Assembly (NCBI GenBank): GCA_021841005.1 | Contig: JAKBVZ010000035.1 | Location: forward strand, 143,557 to 207,556 | DNA: 64,000 nucleotides | DNA from: Actinomycetes bacterium | GTDB taxonomy: Bacteria; Actinomycetota; Acidimicrobiia; Acidimicrobiales; JAMCPL01 | Direction of reading: 5' to 3' | Part shown: in pieces, positions 1 through 9,660 of the stretch | Position numbering within the stretch: position 1 is the first letter of the stretch | Layout: the number at the start of each line of letters is the position of its first letter | Made by a program: the position numbers and the translations under genes | Notes under the pieces: model-generated | Seen by the model: the letters and a program-made list of their open reading frames with translations, nothing else | Database searches by the model: none | What the model was told of the DNA's origin: nothing

Positions 1-830
1 TCTGTCCCGGTTGCGGGCACGGGATCGTCCTCGATGCTATGCTGTCCGTGCTTTCGGAGCGGTACGAGGACCTCGACAATGTGGCGTTCGTGGCTGGTAT
101 CGGTTGTTCTTCGCGGATCATTGGTTACATAGATGCCTGTACCCTTCACACGGCACATGGCCGGCCGCTCTCTTTTGCCACCGGCCTCAAACTGGCTCGT
201 CCTGACCTCACCGTGGTCGTGATCACCGGAGACGGGGATGGATTGTCCATAGGGGGTAACCACCTCATCCATGCTGCCCGAAGGAACGTGGACCTCACCT
301 GCGTGCTCTTGAACAATGAGATCTACGGCATGACCGGCGGGCAAGCTGCACCTACCACCGTGCTCGGTGCGTACACTTCTACCACGCCTTTAGGTAACAC
401 CCAGCATCCCTTTGATGCTGCTGAACTGGCCAAAGCAGCGGGAGCAACCTTTGTTGCCAGATCTCAGAGTTACCGTCCCCAGGTCTTCGGAGAGCTGTTC
501 AGCCAGGCGCTGGATCATGTGGGGTTCTCCTTTTTGGAGGTGATGAGTGACTGTACCGAGTACTTCGGACGCACCAATCGTTTTGGTGAGGGGGCCGACA
601 TGCTCATGGGCCAGGCTAGGTATGAGCCGTCCATCGACGCCGATCTCGCCAGGATTCCTACAGTGGAGCCGGTAACCATCAAGCAACCGGTCCGTCCTGT
701 GTTGCCTATTGGTGTTCTTCATAGGTCGAGCCGTCTCACCCTTGAGGAAACTCTTGGAATTGAAGGCGGTCGGAGTTCGGGAGTTGCCGACGGCAAGCTG
801 GATGATGCAGTCCAGAGGATGGACGGGTGA
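1..830 (+). CDS. 2-oxoacid:ferredoxin oxidoreductase, beta (TPP-binding) subunit; 5' end cut by window edge
   Basis: Frame is open from nt 3. Translation begins CPGCGHGIV (Cys motif of OFOR beta N-termini) and contains the ITGDGDG...GGNH TPP-binding signature. Stop TGA 828-830 overlaps the next start. Confidence 0.85.
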   Translation, partial: CPGCGHGIVLDAMLSVLSERYEDLDNVAFVAGIGCSSRIIGYIDACTLHTAHGRPLSFATGLKLARPDLTVVVITGDGDGLSIGGNHLIHAARRNVDLTCVLLNNEIYGMTGGQAAPTTVLGAYTSTTPLGNTQHPFDAAELAKAAGATFVARSQSYRPQVFGELFSQALDHVGFSFLEVMSDCTEYFGRTNRFGEGADMLMGQARYEPSIDADLARIPTVEPVTIKQPVRPVLPIGVLHRSSRLTLEETLGIEGGRSSGVADGKLDDAVQRMDG

Positions 831-1555
831 TGGACGGGAGTCGCAGCAGAGTCAATGTGAGACTCACTGGTTCAGGTGGCCAGGGGATAGCCTTGGCTGC
901 CACCGTGCTCGCTGAAGCCGCGTTGGACACTGGGCTCTATGCCACAATGCTCCAGGAATATGGGCCAGAGGCAAGAGGCGGCGCCACCAAGGCTGACTTG
1001 TCAGTGGCCCGCTTGCCTATTGCCAACCCGCAGTTCCAGGTGCCCGATCTCTGCCTTGTCATCTCGGATAAGGCATGGACTCGCTTCGGCCAGGAATTGA
1101 TTGGGCGGAAGGATGTAGCTCTGGTGACGGACAGAGACAGGGTGGTGGTTCCAGGCGTAGGTGATCCCGCCGAGATGGGGATTATTTCCCTGCCCTTCGA
1201 TGAAGCGGCCAAGCTGCGGATAGGCGCAAAGGTCGTTGCCAATATGATCTGTGCTGCGTCGCTGGCCAGACTCATCGAAGCGATACCGCTCGATGGTGTG
1301 GCGAAGGTGGCTGAGAGGCGATCTCCGGCTGCGTTCAAAGACAAGAACCGTCAGGCTACTCAGCTGGGGTGGCAGATGATGGACGAGTACCTTTCTGTGC
1401 ACGTGCTCCCGTGGAGGACATCAGAGGGCGAGGTAGGTGTTCTGGCGGCCGGCGGCGACGTGGCCATTGCCGGCGTCGGTGCGCTTGGTGCCGGCAGTGG
1501 TGCCGGCGAAGGCTGGAGTCATGAAGGAGGTGGAAGGAGTGCGCTCCGCCCTTGA
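827..1555 (+). CDS. 2-oxoacid:ferredoxin oxidoreductase, gamma subunit
   Basis: VNVRLTGSGGQGIALAATVLAEAA...EYGPEARGG is typical of the OFOR gamma domain. GTG 827 or ATG 830 overlaps the beta stop. The Gly/Ala-rich C-terminal tail overlaps the next gene. Confidence 0.75.
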   Translation: MMDGSRSRVNVRLTGSGGQGIALAATVLAEAALDTGLYATMLQEYGPEARGGATKADLSVARLPIANPQFQVPDLCLVISDKAWTRFGQELIGRKDVALVTDRDRVVVPGVGDPAEMGIISLPFDEAAKLRIGAKVVANMICAASLARLIEAIPLDGVAKVAERRSPAAFKDKNRQATQLGWQMMDEYLSVHVLPWRTSEGEVGVLAAGGDVAIAGVGALGAGSGAGEGWSHEGGGRSALRP

Positions 1556-2744
1556 GGGCATGAAGGTGCTGGATCTCTCCCAGGGCGCAGCAGGCCCGAT
1601 TGCCGGGATGATTCTCGGTGAGTACGGCGCTGAAGTGATCAAGGTGGAACCTCCTGGCGGCGAGTGGGGGCGCAAGCTTGGTCCTCCATTCATCCAAGAT
1701 CAAGCTGCTTCGTACCTGGGAATGAACCGGGACAAGCGCTCTATCGTGATTGACCTCAAGCATGAAGAGGGTGGAGATGTTCTTCGTAGGCTGGCCTCGG
1801 TCTGTGATGTGGTGCTGGAGAGCTTCAGGCCGGGCGTCCTGGATAGGCTGGGTCTATCCTATGAGGCTCTCAGGGCTGAGCGCCCGGATGTCATCTGGTG
1901 TTCCATTACCGCTTTCGGCCAGGATGGTCCGTGGCGTGACAAGCCTGGGGTGGATGGGATCATCCAGGCGGTCTCGGGAATCATGAGTGTCACCGGTGAA
2001 CCAGATGGGGCACCGGTCAAGGTGGGGGTGCCTGCCGCCGATACAGTCGGTGCTTTGGTGGCGGTTCAGGGCATCTTGCTTGCCCTGCTCACTCGCAATT
2101 CCACGGGACGCGGGCAACGGGTGGATGTATCGCTGCTGGATTCTATGCTGATGTTCCAGACGGTGCCTTGGTCGATGTTCCAAGCGAGTGGTCGCTCTCC
2201 TGGCCGGCAAGGAAGTGCTGCGCCGTATGCCGCTCCGAACGAAGCCTTTCCCACCTCGGATGGCTATATCATGGTGGCTGCTTACTGGCCTGACCGTTGG
2301 AGAACGTTCACCGAGGTGCTCGGACGTCCCGAGCTTGCCCAAGATCCGCGTTTTGTGGATGTGGCTGCCAGGGTGGCCAACCGGTCTGCGATGTTCGAGG
2401 AACTCTCCAGCGCATTCAAGACGGCCTCTACGGACGAGTGGGTGGCCAGGTTGGAGGATGCAGATGTGGTCTGCGCGAAGATCTATGACTATGCCGCCCT
2501 GGCATCGGTGGAGCACCTTGTCGATGGGGAGCGTTTTCCTGCCCTGTACCATCCCATCCTGGGTAAGGTGCCGGGGGTGGGGATGCCTGCCAGACTCTCC
2601 TCCACACCTGCGGTTGCGCGCACTGCGGCTCCGCTGCCCGGTGAGCACAGCGTGGAGATCCTGACCGAGGTGGCCAATGTAGCAGATGAGCTGGTAGACC
2701 ACTGGCTCGAGGAAGGGGTGGTCGAGCAATGGCAAAAGGAGTGA
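1521..2744 (+). CDS. Family III CoA-transferase (CaiB/BaiF/BbsF-like)
   Basis: MKVLDLSQGAAGPIAGMILGEYGAEVIKVEPPGG N-terminal signature and family-typical length. ATG 1521 is chosen over the ORF-track start 1437. ATG 1560 is an alternative. Confidence 0.85.
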   Translation: MKEVEGVRSALEGMKVLDLSQGAAGPIAGMILGEYGAEVIKVEPPGGEWGRKLGPPFIQDQAASYLGMNRDKRSIVIDLKHEEGGDVLRRLASVCDVVLESFRPGVLDRLGLSYEALRAERPDVIWCSITAFGQDGPWRDKPGVDGIIQAVSGIMSVTGEPDGAPVKVGVPAADTVGALVAVQGILLALLTRNSTGRGQRVDVSLLDSMLMFQTVPWSMFQASGRSPGRQGSAAPYAAPNEAFPTSDGYIMVAAYWPDRWRTFTEVLGRPELAQDPRFVDVAARVANRSAMFEELSSAFKTASTDEWVARLEDADVVCAKIYDYAALASVEHLVDGERFPALYHPILGKVPGVGMPARLSSTPAVARTAAPLPGEHSVEILTEVANVADELVDHWLEEGVVEQWQKE

Positions 2745-2814
2745 TTAATCCGTTCACGGGCTGCGGCATAGCGGCCGTAGCGGACGGCGGGTGGTCGAGC
2801 AATGGCAAAAGGAG
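2715..2814. repeat. Perfect 26-nt direct duplication (2716-2741 / 2789-2814) bracketing a 47-nt insert with a hairpin core
   Basis: GGGTGGTCGAGCAATGGCAAAAGGAG occurs twice. The insert carries TGCGGCATAGCGGCCGTAGCGG (2762-2783). Confidence 0.9.
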
Positions 2815-2825
2815 GTGGAGAATCA

Positions 2826-3608
2826 ATGAGTGACCTGGTGCAATCGAACCTCGAAGAAGGAGCGGCGGTGGTGACCATCAATAGGCCGGATGCGCTCAAC
2901 GCGCTTACTCCGGAGATGCTGGGGGAGCTCAAGGAGTTGCTCGAGGGTTTCGACAGGGACATAGAGTGCCGTGCGGTTGTGCTGGCCGGTCAGCCCAAGG
3001 CTTTTTCAGTGGGCGCCGACATCAAGGGGCGGGTGGCCGAGTACGATACCGGCGGCGCCAGAGATGCCCTTGGCGAGATTATCAGAGGGCTTTTTTCTTA
3101 TATGGAGGCAATGTCCAAGCCGGTGATAGCGGCGCTTGCAGGGTACGTGCTTGGAGGAGGGTTCGAGCTGGCGCTGGCGTGCGACCTGCGGATAGCGGAT
3201 GGGACGGCCAAGTTTGGATTTCCAGAAGCCGGCGTGGGTAGTATGCCCGGCGCCGGCGGAACCCAGAGGCTGACCAGGTTGGCGGGTCCGGCGGCGGCCA
3301 TGGAACTCATGTTCAGCGGGGACCGCATCAGTGCAGATGAGGCATATCGATTCGGGCTCGTGAACAGAGTGGTTGCAGATGGAGATGCTGTACCTGCCGC
3401 CGTGGAACTCGGGAAGAAAATCGCCACCAAGGCGCCATTGTCAATTGACCGCATAAAGCGAAGCGTCTATGTGGCCACCAGCTCAGATCTGGCAACAGGG
3501 CTGGAGTTCGAGGCACTCTGCCACGCGTTCCTACGGGGAACTCACGACAGGGAAGAGGGTATGCGCGCCTTTGTGGAAAAGCGCGCTCCAAGATTCACAG
3601 GAAGGTGA
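2826..3608 (+). CDS. Enoyl-CoA hydratase/isomerase (crotonase family)
   Basis: [40 protein letters not shown] and [18 protein letters not shown] motifs. AGGAGGTGGAG SD lies 6 nt upstream of ATG 2826. Confidence 0.85.
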   Translation: MSDLVQSNLEEGAAVVTINRPDALNALTPEMLGELKELLEGFDRDIECRAVVLAGQPKAFSVGADIKGRVAEYDTGGARDALGEIIRGLFSYMEAMSKPVIAALAGYVLGGGFELALACDLRIADGTAKFGFPEAGVGSMPGAGGTQRLTRLAGPAAAMELMFSGDRISADEAYRFGLVNRVVADGDAVPAAVELGKKIATKAPLSIDRIKRSVYVATSSDLATGLEFEALCHAFLRGTHDREEGMRAFVEKRAPRFTGR

Positions 3609-3615
3609 TGATCAA

Positions 3616-4362
3616 ATGGGCATAAAGGATCGTGTAGCTATAGTTACTGGTTCCGGTCAGGGAATCGGAGAGGGCATAGCGCGTCGCCTGGCAAATGGCG
3701 GCGCCAGGGTTGTACTCAATGATGTGGATTCATCGCGAGTGGCCGGGCTTGCCGAGGACATGAAAGCGGCAGGCCTGGAGGCCGGCTACTACGCCGGTGA
3801 CGTATCTACGAAGGCTGGTGCAGATGGATTGGTGGATTATGCTATTCGTCAGTTTGGCAAGGTTGACATCCTAGTGAACAATGTTGGCATAGCCCGGGAT
3901 AAGTGGCTGGTGAAGATGTCTGAGGATGACTGGGATGAGGTTCTGAGGGTCAACTTGAAGTCTCCGTTTCTCTGTACGCAGGCAGTGGTCAAAGCCATGA
4001 TGGATGCCAACTACGGTCGGATAGTCAATATAGGCTCGCGTGCATGGTTGGGAGGAGCCGGGCAGTCAAATTATTCGGCATCCAAGGGCGGAGTGGTCAG
4101 CTTCACCCGTACACTTGCTCTCGAGTTCGCCAAGTACCAGATAACCGCCAATTTGGTCGCACCTGGACTGGTGGATACTCCACTTTTCCGGGGCTTGGAC
4201 AGGGAAGTCCAGGAGCGTTTGGTAAAGACGGTTCCGGTGGGACGGATCGGGGGCCCGGATGATATCGGTCATGCCGTGGCTTTCTTTGCCGATGACGATT
4301 CCTGGTACATCACCGGTCAGGTGCTCTATGTATGTGGCGGCCGTAGCGTAGGGGCATACTGA
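3616..4362 (+). CDS. Short-chain dehydrogenase/reductase (3-oxoacyl/3-hydroxyacyl reductase-like)
   Basis: AIVTGSGQGIGEGIA Rossmann motif, NNVG, and the YSASKGG catalytic YxxxK. Internal ATG 3616 of ORF 3469..4362 was chosen because upstream codons overlap the crotonase gene. Confidence 0.85.
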   Translation: MGIKDRVAIVTGSGQGIGEGIARRLANGGARVVLNDVDSSRVAGLAEDMKAAGLEAGYYAGDVSTKAGADGLVDYAIRQFGKVDILVNNVGIARDKWLVKMSEDDWDEVLRVNLKSPFLCTQAVVKAMMDANYGRIVNIGSRAWLGGAGQSNYSASKGGVVSFTRTLALEFAKYQITANLVAPGLVDTPLFRGLDREVQERLVKTVPVGRIGGPDDIGHAVAFFADDDSWYITGQVLYVCGGRSVGAY

Positions 4363-4416
4363 TGGTTCTTTTGAAATTGGTTTCTATTGGACCAGATACG
4401 GACGAGGAGGAGAGTG

Positions 4417-4815
4417 ATGACCAGAGTGGATGAAGTGAGTATTCCCGAGAAGGTGGCCAACTACGTGATCGAAGGCGACAGGGTCCGCCTGCGGGCAAGC
4501 AGGTGCCCTACCTGCGGGTCTGTATTTCATCCGCCGCGAACGATCTGTCCGACCGATGGTGCCGGTCCTCTCGAAGAGATATTGCTCGGTAATAAGGGCA
4601 CAGTATATACATTCACGGTAGTAAGGCAGTCCACTCCGGAGTTCAAGACGCCCTACGTACTTGTCTATGTGGATTTTCCAGAGCAGGTACGGGTGCTGAT
4701 GCCCTATGACGGGGAGGAGCCTCCTTCAATCGGCAGCCAGGTGGACATTGTGATGGGACTCGGACCCAAGCAAGAGGAGGGAGAGCTTGCAAGCGTTCCG
4801 CATGCCAGGTCGTAA
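4417..4815 (+). CDS. DUF35 family Zn-ribbon/OB-fold protein (BbsA-like thiolase partner)
   Basis: CPTCGSVFHPPRTICPTDG rubredoxin-like ribbon followed by an OB-fold-like region, immediately upstream of an SCP-x type thiolase. GAGGAGGAGAG SD precedes ATG 4417. Confidence 0.75.
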   Translation: MTRVDEVSIPEKVANYVIEGDRVRLRASRCPTCGSVFHPPRTICPTDGAGPLEEILLGNKGTVYTFTVVRQSTPEFKTPYVLVYVDFPEQVRVLMPYDGEEPPSIGSQVDIVMGLGPKQEEGELASVPHARS

Positions 4816-4924
4816 TGACCGTGAGGTGACGAAATGGTGAGGGGTTGTTCGCGGCTCTTGGATGTGACATAGGAGCGATTCTGAGATAGTGAGACAGGAG
4901 ATTTGAGATTGGAGGTATGTATAA

Positions 4925-6067
4925 ATGGAAGAAGTATATGTAATTGGTATCGGGATGACGCCATTTGGCAAACATCCAGATAACACTGCCGCTGACCTTG
5001 GAGCAGAGGCGGTCGGCTTGGCCTTGGCCGATGCAGGGGTTGGTCGCCAGGATATAGAGGCTGCGTGGGTTGGCCATGTGTTTCAAGGCATGGCTATGGG
5101 GCAGCGTGCTCTGTACGCGGCAGGGCTTTCAGGCATTCCCATAGACAACGTGGAGAATGCCTGCTCTTCAGGGTCTACCGCTATATGGGATGCGGCCATG
5201 GCCTTGCGAGCCGGAGCTTACGACTTGGTGTTGGCATTAGGGGTGGAGCACCTGACCAGCCTGTTCAGAGGAGCCTTTGCTCCAGATGCCAGCGACGTGG
5301 AGGCGCAGATAGGAATTACCATGCCAGGCATATATGCCATGAGGGCGCAACGCTATATGCTTCAGTACGGGGTTGTTCCAGAGCAGATTGCTCAGATAAC
5401 GGTAAAGAACAAGAAGAATGCGGCCATGAATCCCCTCTCGCACTTCAAGAAGGCGGTTACCTTGGAAGAAGTCATGCAGGGGCGGCTGATAGCAGACCCG
5501 TTGCGCTTGCACGAGTGTGCGCCGGTAAGCGACGGAGCGGCTGCGGTGGTACTGGCCAGCAAGGCCAAGCGCAACCAACTCGGCGGGAGCAGGGCTGTCA
5601 AACTGGCGGCTACTGCGCTTATGAGCGGGCGTATAGAGTCCGGCCTTGCAGACATGACCGTGGAGGATCTCACCTGGCGTACCGCCCAGGCAGCGTACAA
5701 ACAGTCAGGCGTCGGTCCAGGAGACATCGACTTTGCCGAGGTCCACGACTGCTTCAGCATTGCCGAGGCATTGCGCGTCGAGGGGATGGGCCTCTTCCCG
5801 CACGGCGAGTACGTAGCCAGGGTAGGCAAGGGTGAGGCGGATATAGGCGGCTCGTTCCCCGTCAATGCAAGTGGTGGTCTCCTAGGCAAAGGCCATCCGC
5901 TCGGAGCTACAGGCGTTGCCCAAGTCGTGGAGCTGGTGAAGCAGCTACGGGGTGACGCAGGGGAGCGCCAGATCCAAAACGCCAAAGTAGGCGTAGCGCA
6001 CTGCCGGGGCGGCAAAGCCCAGGGGGTGGAGGGTACTGCCTGCACGGTCAACATCCTTGTTGCCTGA
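4925..6067 (+). CDS. SCP-x/BbsB-type thiolase-like protein
   Basis: VYVIGIGMTPFGK N-terminus, ENACSSGSTA active-site Cys region, and C-terminal HDCF...NASGGLLGKGHPLGATG motifs. Confidence 0.8.
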   Translation: MEEVYVIGIGMTPFGKHPDNTAADLGAEAVGLALADAGVGRQDIEAAWVGHVFQGMAMGQRALYAAGLSGIPIDNVENACSSGSTAIWDAAMALRAGAYDLVLALGVEHLTSLFRGAFAPDASDVEAQIGITMPGIYAMRAQRYMLQYGVVPEQIAQITVKNKKNAAMNPLSHFKKAVTLEEVMQGRLIADPLRLHECAPVSDGAAAVVLASKAKRNQLGGSRAVKLAATALMSGRIESGLADMTVEDLTWRTAQAAYKQSGVGPGDIDFAEVHDCFSIAEALRVEGMGLFPHGEYVARVGKGEADIGGSFPVNASGGLLGKGHPLGATGVAQVVELVKQLRGDAGERQIQNAKVGVAHCRGGKAQGVEGTACTVNILVA

Positions 6068-6115
6068 GTCGTACGAAACGCAGCCAGTGTCCGCGACACA
6101 CAGAAAGGAAAGACA

Positions 6116-7324
6116 ATGACAGGAAGCGAGGTGTACGTGAATCCAGCGAAGGGTGGTGCTGTCCCCTCGAAGTCGCTGGAGGGAGAGCTGGTGGCCGTGG
6201 ACTGCGCCATCATCCGTGGTGGCACTTCCAAGGGTGTGTTTGTCCCTCGGCAAGCGTTGCCGGACGATCAGGCGGCATTGGAACAGTTCCTGCTGGCCCT
6301 GATGGGAAGCCCTGATCCTCGCCAAATAGACGGGCTAGGAGGAGCCGACCTCCTTACGAGCAAGGTGGCGATAATCGGACCACCGACTATCAAAGGCGCT
6401 GACCTCGACTACACCTTTGCACAGGTGAGCATCACCAAGTCACAGGTCAACATGGACATGAACTGCGGCAATGTGTCTGCAGCAGTAGGCATTTATGGTG
6501 TGGAGCACGGTTTTGTAGAGCTAACCGAGCCTGTTACCACTCTTAGAGTGCACAACACCAATACCCGCAAAGTGTTTGTCGCCAGTGTGCCGGTATCCGG
6601 AGGCCATCCGCTGGTGGAGGGAACCTGCCAGGTCGACGGGGTGCCTGGTACTGGGGCAGAAATAATGCTCGACTATTCTGATACGGTGGGTTCCGTCACG
6701 GGCAGGCTCTTGCCTACCGGTGAGGGCGTGGATATGGTGGATGTCCCCTCGGTCGGCACGGTTCCAGTGTCCATTGTCGACATAGCCAACCTGTGCGCGT
6801 TCGTACGGGCTTCTGACTTGGGTCTCGAGTCAGGAGAGATCCCCTCGTTTCCCAGCGACGTCATGATTGCCAGAGTGGATTCCCTGCAGCGTGCCGTGGC
6901 ACGGATGCTCGGTGTTGCAGAGGGTGGCCTGGTTCCCATCCCGGTGCTCTTAGATGATGCCCATGACTACTCCACTGTGGTAGGTGATGGCCAGGTAAAG
7001 GCAGTGGACATCGACTTCGTTGCCCAGGTGATCGGAGGCCAGCCTCTTGCCTTGCACAAGGCGTTTCCCGGTACGGCCAGCGTGACAGTCGCCGTGGCGG
7101 CCAGGTTGCCGGGCACCCTCGCTTACCAGGGTGACACAGGCACAGAGGAGGTCCGGATCGGCCACCCCAGCGGTAGAAACTTGGTAAGGGCTCTGGTGTC
7201 TGTAGATGATGCAGGCAACCCAAAAGTCGAGAAGGCCGCCTACTCGAGAACGGCCCGGAAGCTGATGGAAGGGAAGGCGTTTGTAAAAAGGGCCAAAGCG
7301 ACCGTAGGAGGAGGAAATGCGTGA
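6116..7324 (+). CDS. PrpF/methylaconitate-methylitaconate isomerase family protein
   Basis: AIIRGGTSKGVFV hallmark near the N-terminus, about 400 aa, two-domain DapF-like organisation inferred from length. Stop overlaps the next start (GTGA). Confidence 0.75.
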   Translation: MTGSEVYVNPAKGGAVPSKSLEGELVAVDCAIIRGGTSKGVFVPRQALPDDQAALEQFLLALMGSPDPRQIDGLGGADLLTSKVAIIGPPTIKGADLDYTFAQVSITKSQVNMDMNCGNVSAAVGIYGVEHGFVELTEPVTTLRVHNTNTRKVFVASVPVSGGHPLVEGTCQVDGVPGTGAEIMLDYSDTVGSVTGRLLPTGEGVDMVDVPSVGTVPVSIVDIANLCAFVRASDLGLESGEIPSFPSDVMIARVDSLQRAVARMLGVAEGGLVPIPVLLDDAHDYSTVVGDGQVKAVDIDFVAQVIGGQPLALHKAFPGTASVTVAVAARLPGTLAYQGDTGTEEVRIGHPSGRNLVRALVSVDDAGNPKVEKAAYSRTARKLMEGKAFVKRAKATVGGGNA

Positions 7325-8664
7325 TATTTGAACCTGGGTTAGAGGCGATGGACCGCGAAGCCTTGGACGAGCTTCAGTCGGCACGGTTACGGGAGATGGT
7401 GGCAAGGGTTTACCAGCGTGTCCCACCCATGAGGGAGCGTTTGGAGGAGGCATCCATCCGGCCAAGTGACATCCAGGGTATATCTGACCTTCATAAGCTG
7501 CCGTTCACCAGGAAGACCGATCTGCGGGACAACTATCCTTTCGGGTTGTTCGCTGTGGACACAAAGGAGCTGGCGAGGATACACGCCTCATCGGGAACCA
7601 CCGGTAAACCGACGGTCGTGGGCTATACGCGCGCTGACCTCGATCTATTTGCCACGGTGTGTGCCCGAGCGCTTGCCGCTTCCGGTGCCGAGCCAGGCAT
7701 GATTCTCCACAATGCCTATGGCTACGGACTCTTCACCGGCGGTTTAGGCTTCCATGCAGGTGGAGAGCATCTGGGTATGGTCGTCGTGCCGGCATCTGCC
7801 GGTATGACCGAACGGCAAGTCATGCTGATGAGGGACTTCCATGCACAGGTGCTTGCCTGTACGCCCAGCTATGCACTCACCATAGCCGCAGAGTTTGCTC
7901 GCCAAGGGATGTCTCCAGAGGAGGTGCCTCTCGACTATGCGGTCTTAGGGGCCGAGCCTTGGACAGAAACCATGCGCGCTGAGATAGACAGTTCGTTGGG
8001 AGTAAAAAGCGTCAATGTCTACGGCCTGTCCGAGATCATCGGCCCTGGGGTGTCCTACGAGTGCGTGGAGGCGCGGTCCGGTTCTCACCTCAACGAGGAT
8101 CATTTCCTAGCGGAGGTCGTCGATCGTGATAGCGGGGAGCAGCTGCCCATCGGGGAAGAAGGCGTGCTGGTGATTACTACCCTCACCAAAGAGGCATTGC
8201 CCTTGATCCGTTACTGGACCGGGGACATCACCAGCCTGGACAGATCTCGATGCAGTTGCGGCCGCAGTTCAGCCAGGATGTCCATGGTGAAGGGCAGGAC
8301 GGACGACATGCTGATCGTGAGGGGAATCAATGTATACCCGAGCCAGGTCGAGGCTGCTTTTGGCGGTGTGGACGAACTCACGCCGTACTACCGGTTGCTG
8401 GTGGATCGCACGGGTATATTGGATGAGTTGGAAGTAGAAGTGGAGCTTTCCGAGGATGCGTTTCGCAGGGTGGCTGCTGAGTTCCTTTCCGACGAGATAG
8501 TGGAGGCCGATCATCTGTTGCGCAGGGTACGGGACATGACCCAACGGGCGATCAGAGAAAACGTCGGAGTGTCCGCCAAGGTGACCCTGCTGGAGCCTGG
8601 CAGGCTACCCCGTTCGGAGGGCGGTAAAGCTCAGCGGGTCGTGGACAGACGCCGGCTATCGTGA
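7321..8664 (+). CDS. Phenylacetate-CoA ligase-like adenylating enzyme (PaaK/F390 synthetase family)
   Basis: LPFTRKTDLRDNYPFGLFA and SSGTTGKPTVVGYTRADL motifs, about 447 aa. Confidence 0.85.
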   Translation: MIFEPGLEAMDREALDELQSARLREMVARVYQRVPPMRERLEEASIRPSDIQGISDLHKLPFTRKTDLRDNYPFGLFAVDTKELARIHASSGTTGKPTVVGYTRADLDLFATVCARALAASGAEPGMILHNAYGYGLFTGGLGFHAGGEHLGMVVVPASAGMTERQVMLMRDFHAQVLACTPSYALTIAAEFARQGMSPEEVPLDYAVLGAEPWTETMRAEIDSSLGVKSVNVYGLSEIIGPGVSYECVEARSGSHLNEDHFLAEVVDRDSGEQLPIGEEGVLVITTLTKEALPLIRYWTGDITSLDRSRCSCGRSSARMSMVKGRTDDMLIVRGINVYPSQVEAAFGGVDELTPYYRLLVDRTGILDELEVEVELSEDAFRRVAAEFLSDEIVEADHLLRRVRDMTQRAIRENVGVSAKVTLLEPGRLPRSEGGKAQRVVDRRRLS

Positions 8665-8817
8665 GGGTGGCTTGGCGTGTGGAAGTGGCGTGGTTGTTGA
8701 CGAGAGGTACATTGGGCTAGCAGCATCGTTGGCAACGACTGGTTGTACTTGCCATTCAGATGAAAAGATTTCGGTTTTTGATGTAGATTATTGATTGAGA
8801 GGTGGGTGAAAAGCCAC

Positions 8818-9615
8818 ATGACTGATTATCGAGCATTGCTCGAAGTGCAGGAGTTGGTGCGCAGTTTCGGAGGAGTAATCGCAGTTGATTCTGTGTCGTT
8901 TGGCGTTGCAGAAGGGGAGTTGCGTGGTCTGATCGGTCCCAACGGTGCCGGAAAATCCACACTGTTTCATTTGATAAGCGGTCACCTCCACCCCGACAGT
9001 GGGACGCTCAGCTTTCGCGGCAAACGTATTGATCGTAAGCCGCCGGCCGCAAGGGCCAGGTTAGGTATTGCCATAACCTTTCAGACCGTGCATTTGTTCA
9101 ACGGTATGACCGTTTTGGAGAATACCATGGTTGGAGGGCATGCTTGGACTATGCACGAATGGACTGAGGCATCTTTCCGCCTGCCTCGTCACCATCGCGA
9201 GGAGAGGCTCATCAAAGAGCAGGCGGCATGGGCGCTGGAGAGGGTGGGCCTCGACCGCTTTATGTACCAACCCGCCGAATCCTTGCCGTTGGGCCGGCAA
9301 AGATCTCTGCAGATTGCCCGGGCCATATGCAGCAAGCCGGAATTGCTGCTCTTGGATGAGCCGGCTACGGGCCTACGAGCCGAGGAGCGACGGGATCTGT
9401 TCGCTCTGTTGGGAAAGCTTCACACCGAAGGGCTGACCATGATCCTAGTGGAACATGACGTCGGGTTTGTTACCAGCATCGCGGAGAGAATTACCGTTCT
9501 TGATCGTGGACACGTCATAGCTGAGGGTACTCCTGAAGAGATACAATACGATCCTCTTGTGATAACTGCATATCTTGGGACTGCAACCAGTGATGAATCT
9601 GCTGGAATTCGCTGA
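8818..9615 (+). CDS. livG: Branched-chain amino acid type ABC transporter, ATP-binding protein (LivG-like)
   Basis: Walker A GPNGAGKST, LSGGxx-type signature region, LLLLDEPATGL Walker B. GAGAGGTGGGTG SD precedes ATG 8818. Confidence 0.85.
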   Translation: MTDYRALLEVQELVRSFGGVIAVDSVSFGVAEGELRGLIGPNGAGKSTLFHLISGHLHPDSGTLSFRGKRIDRKPPAARARLGIAITFQTVHLFNGMTVLENTMVGGHAWTMHEWTEASFRLPRHHREERLIKEQAAWALERVGLDRFMYQPAESLPLGRQRSLQIARAICSKPELLLLDEPATGLRAEERRDLFALLGKLHTEGLTMILVEHDVGFVTSIAERITVLDRGHVIAEGTPEEIQYDPLVITAYLGTATSDESAGIR

Positions 9616-9660
9616 TGTGCTTGGCCGGCATCGGGCCGGCATCGGGTGTGGGTGTAGGCG

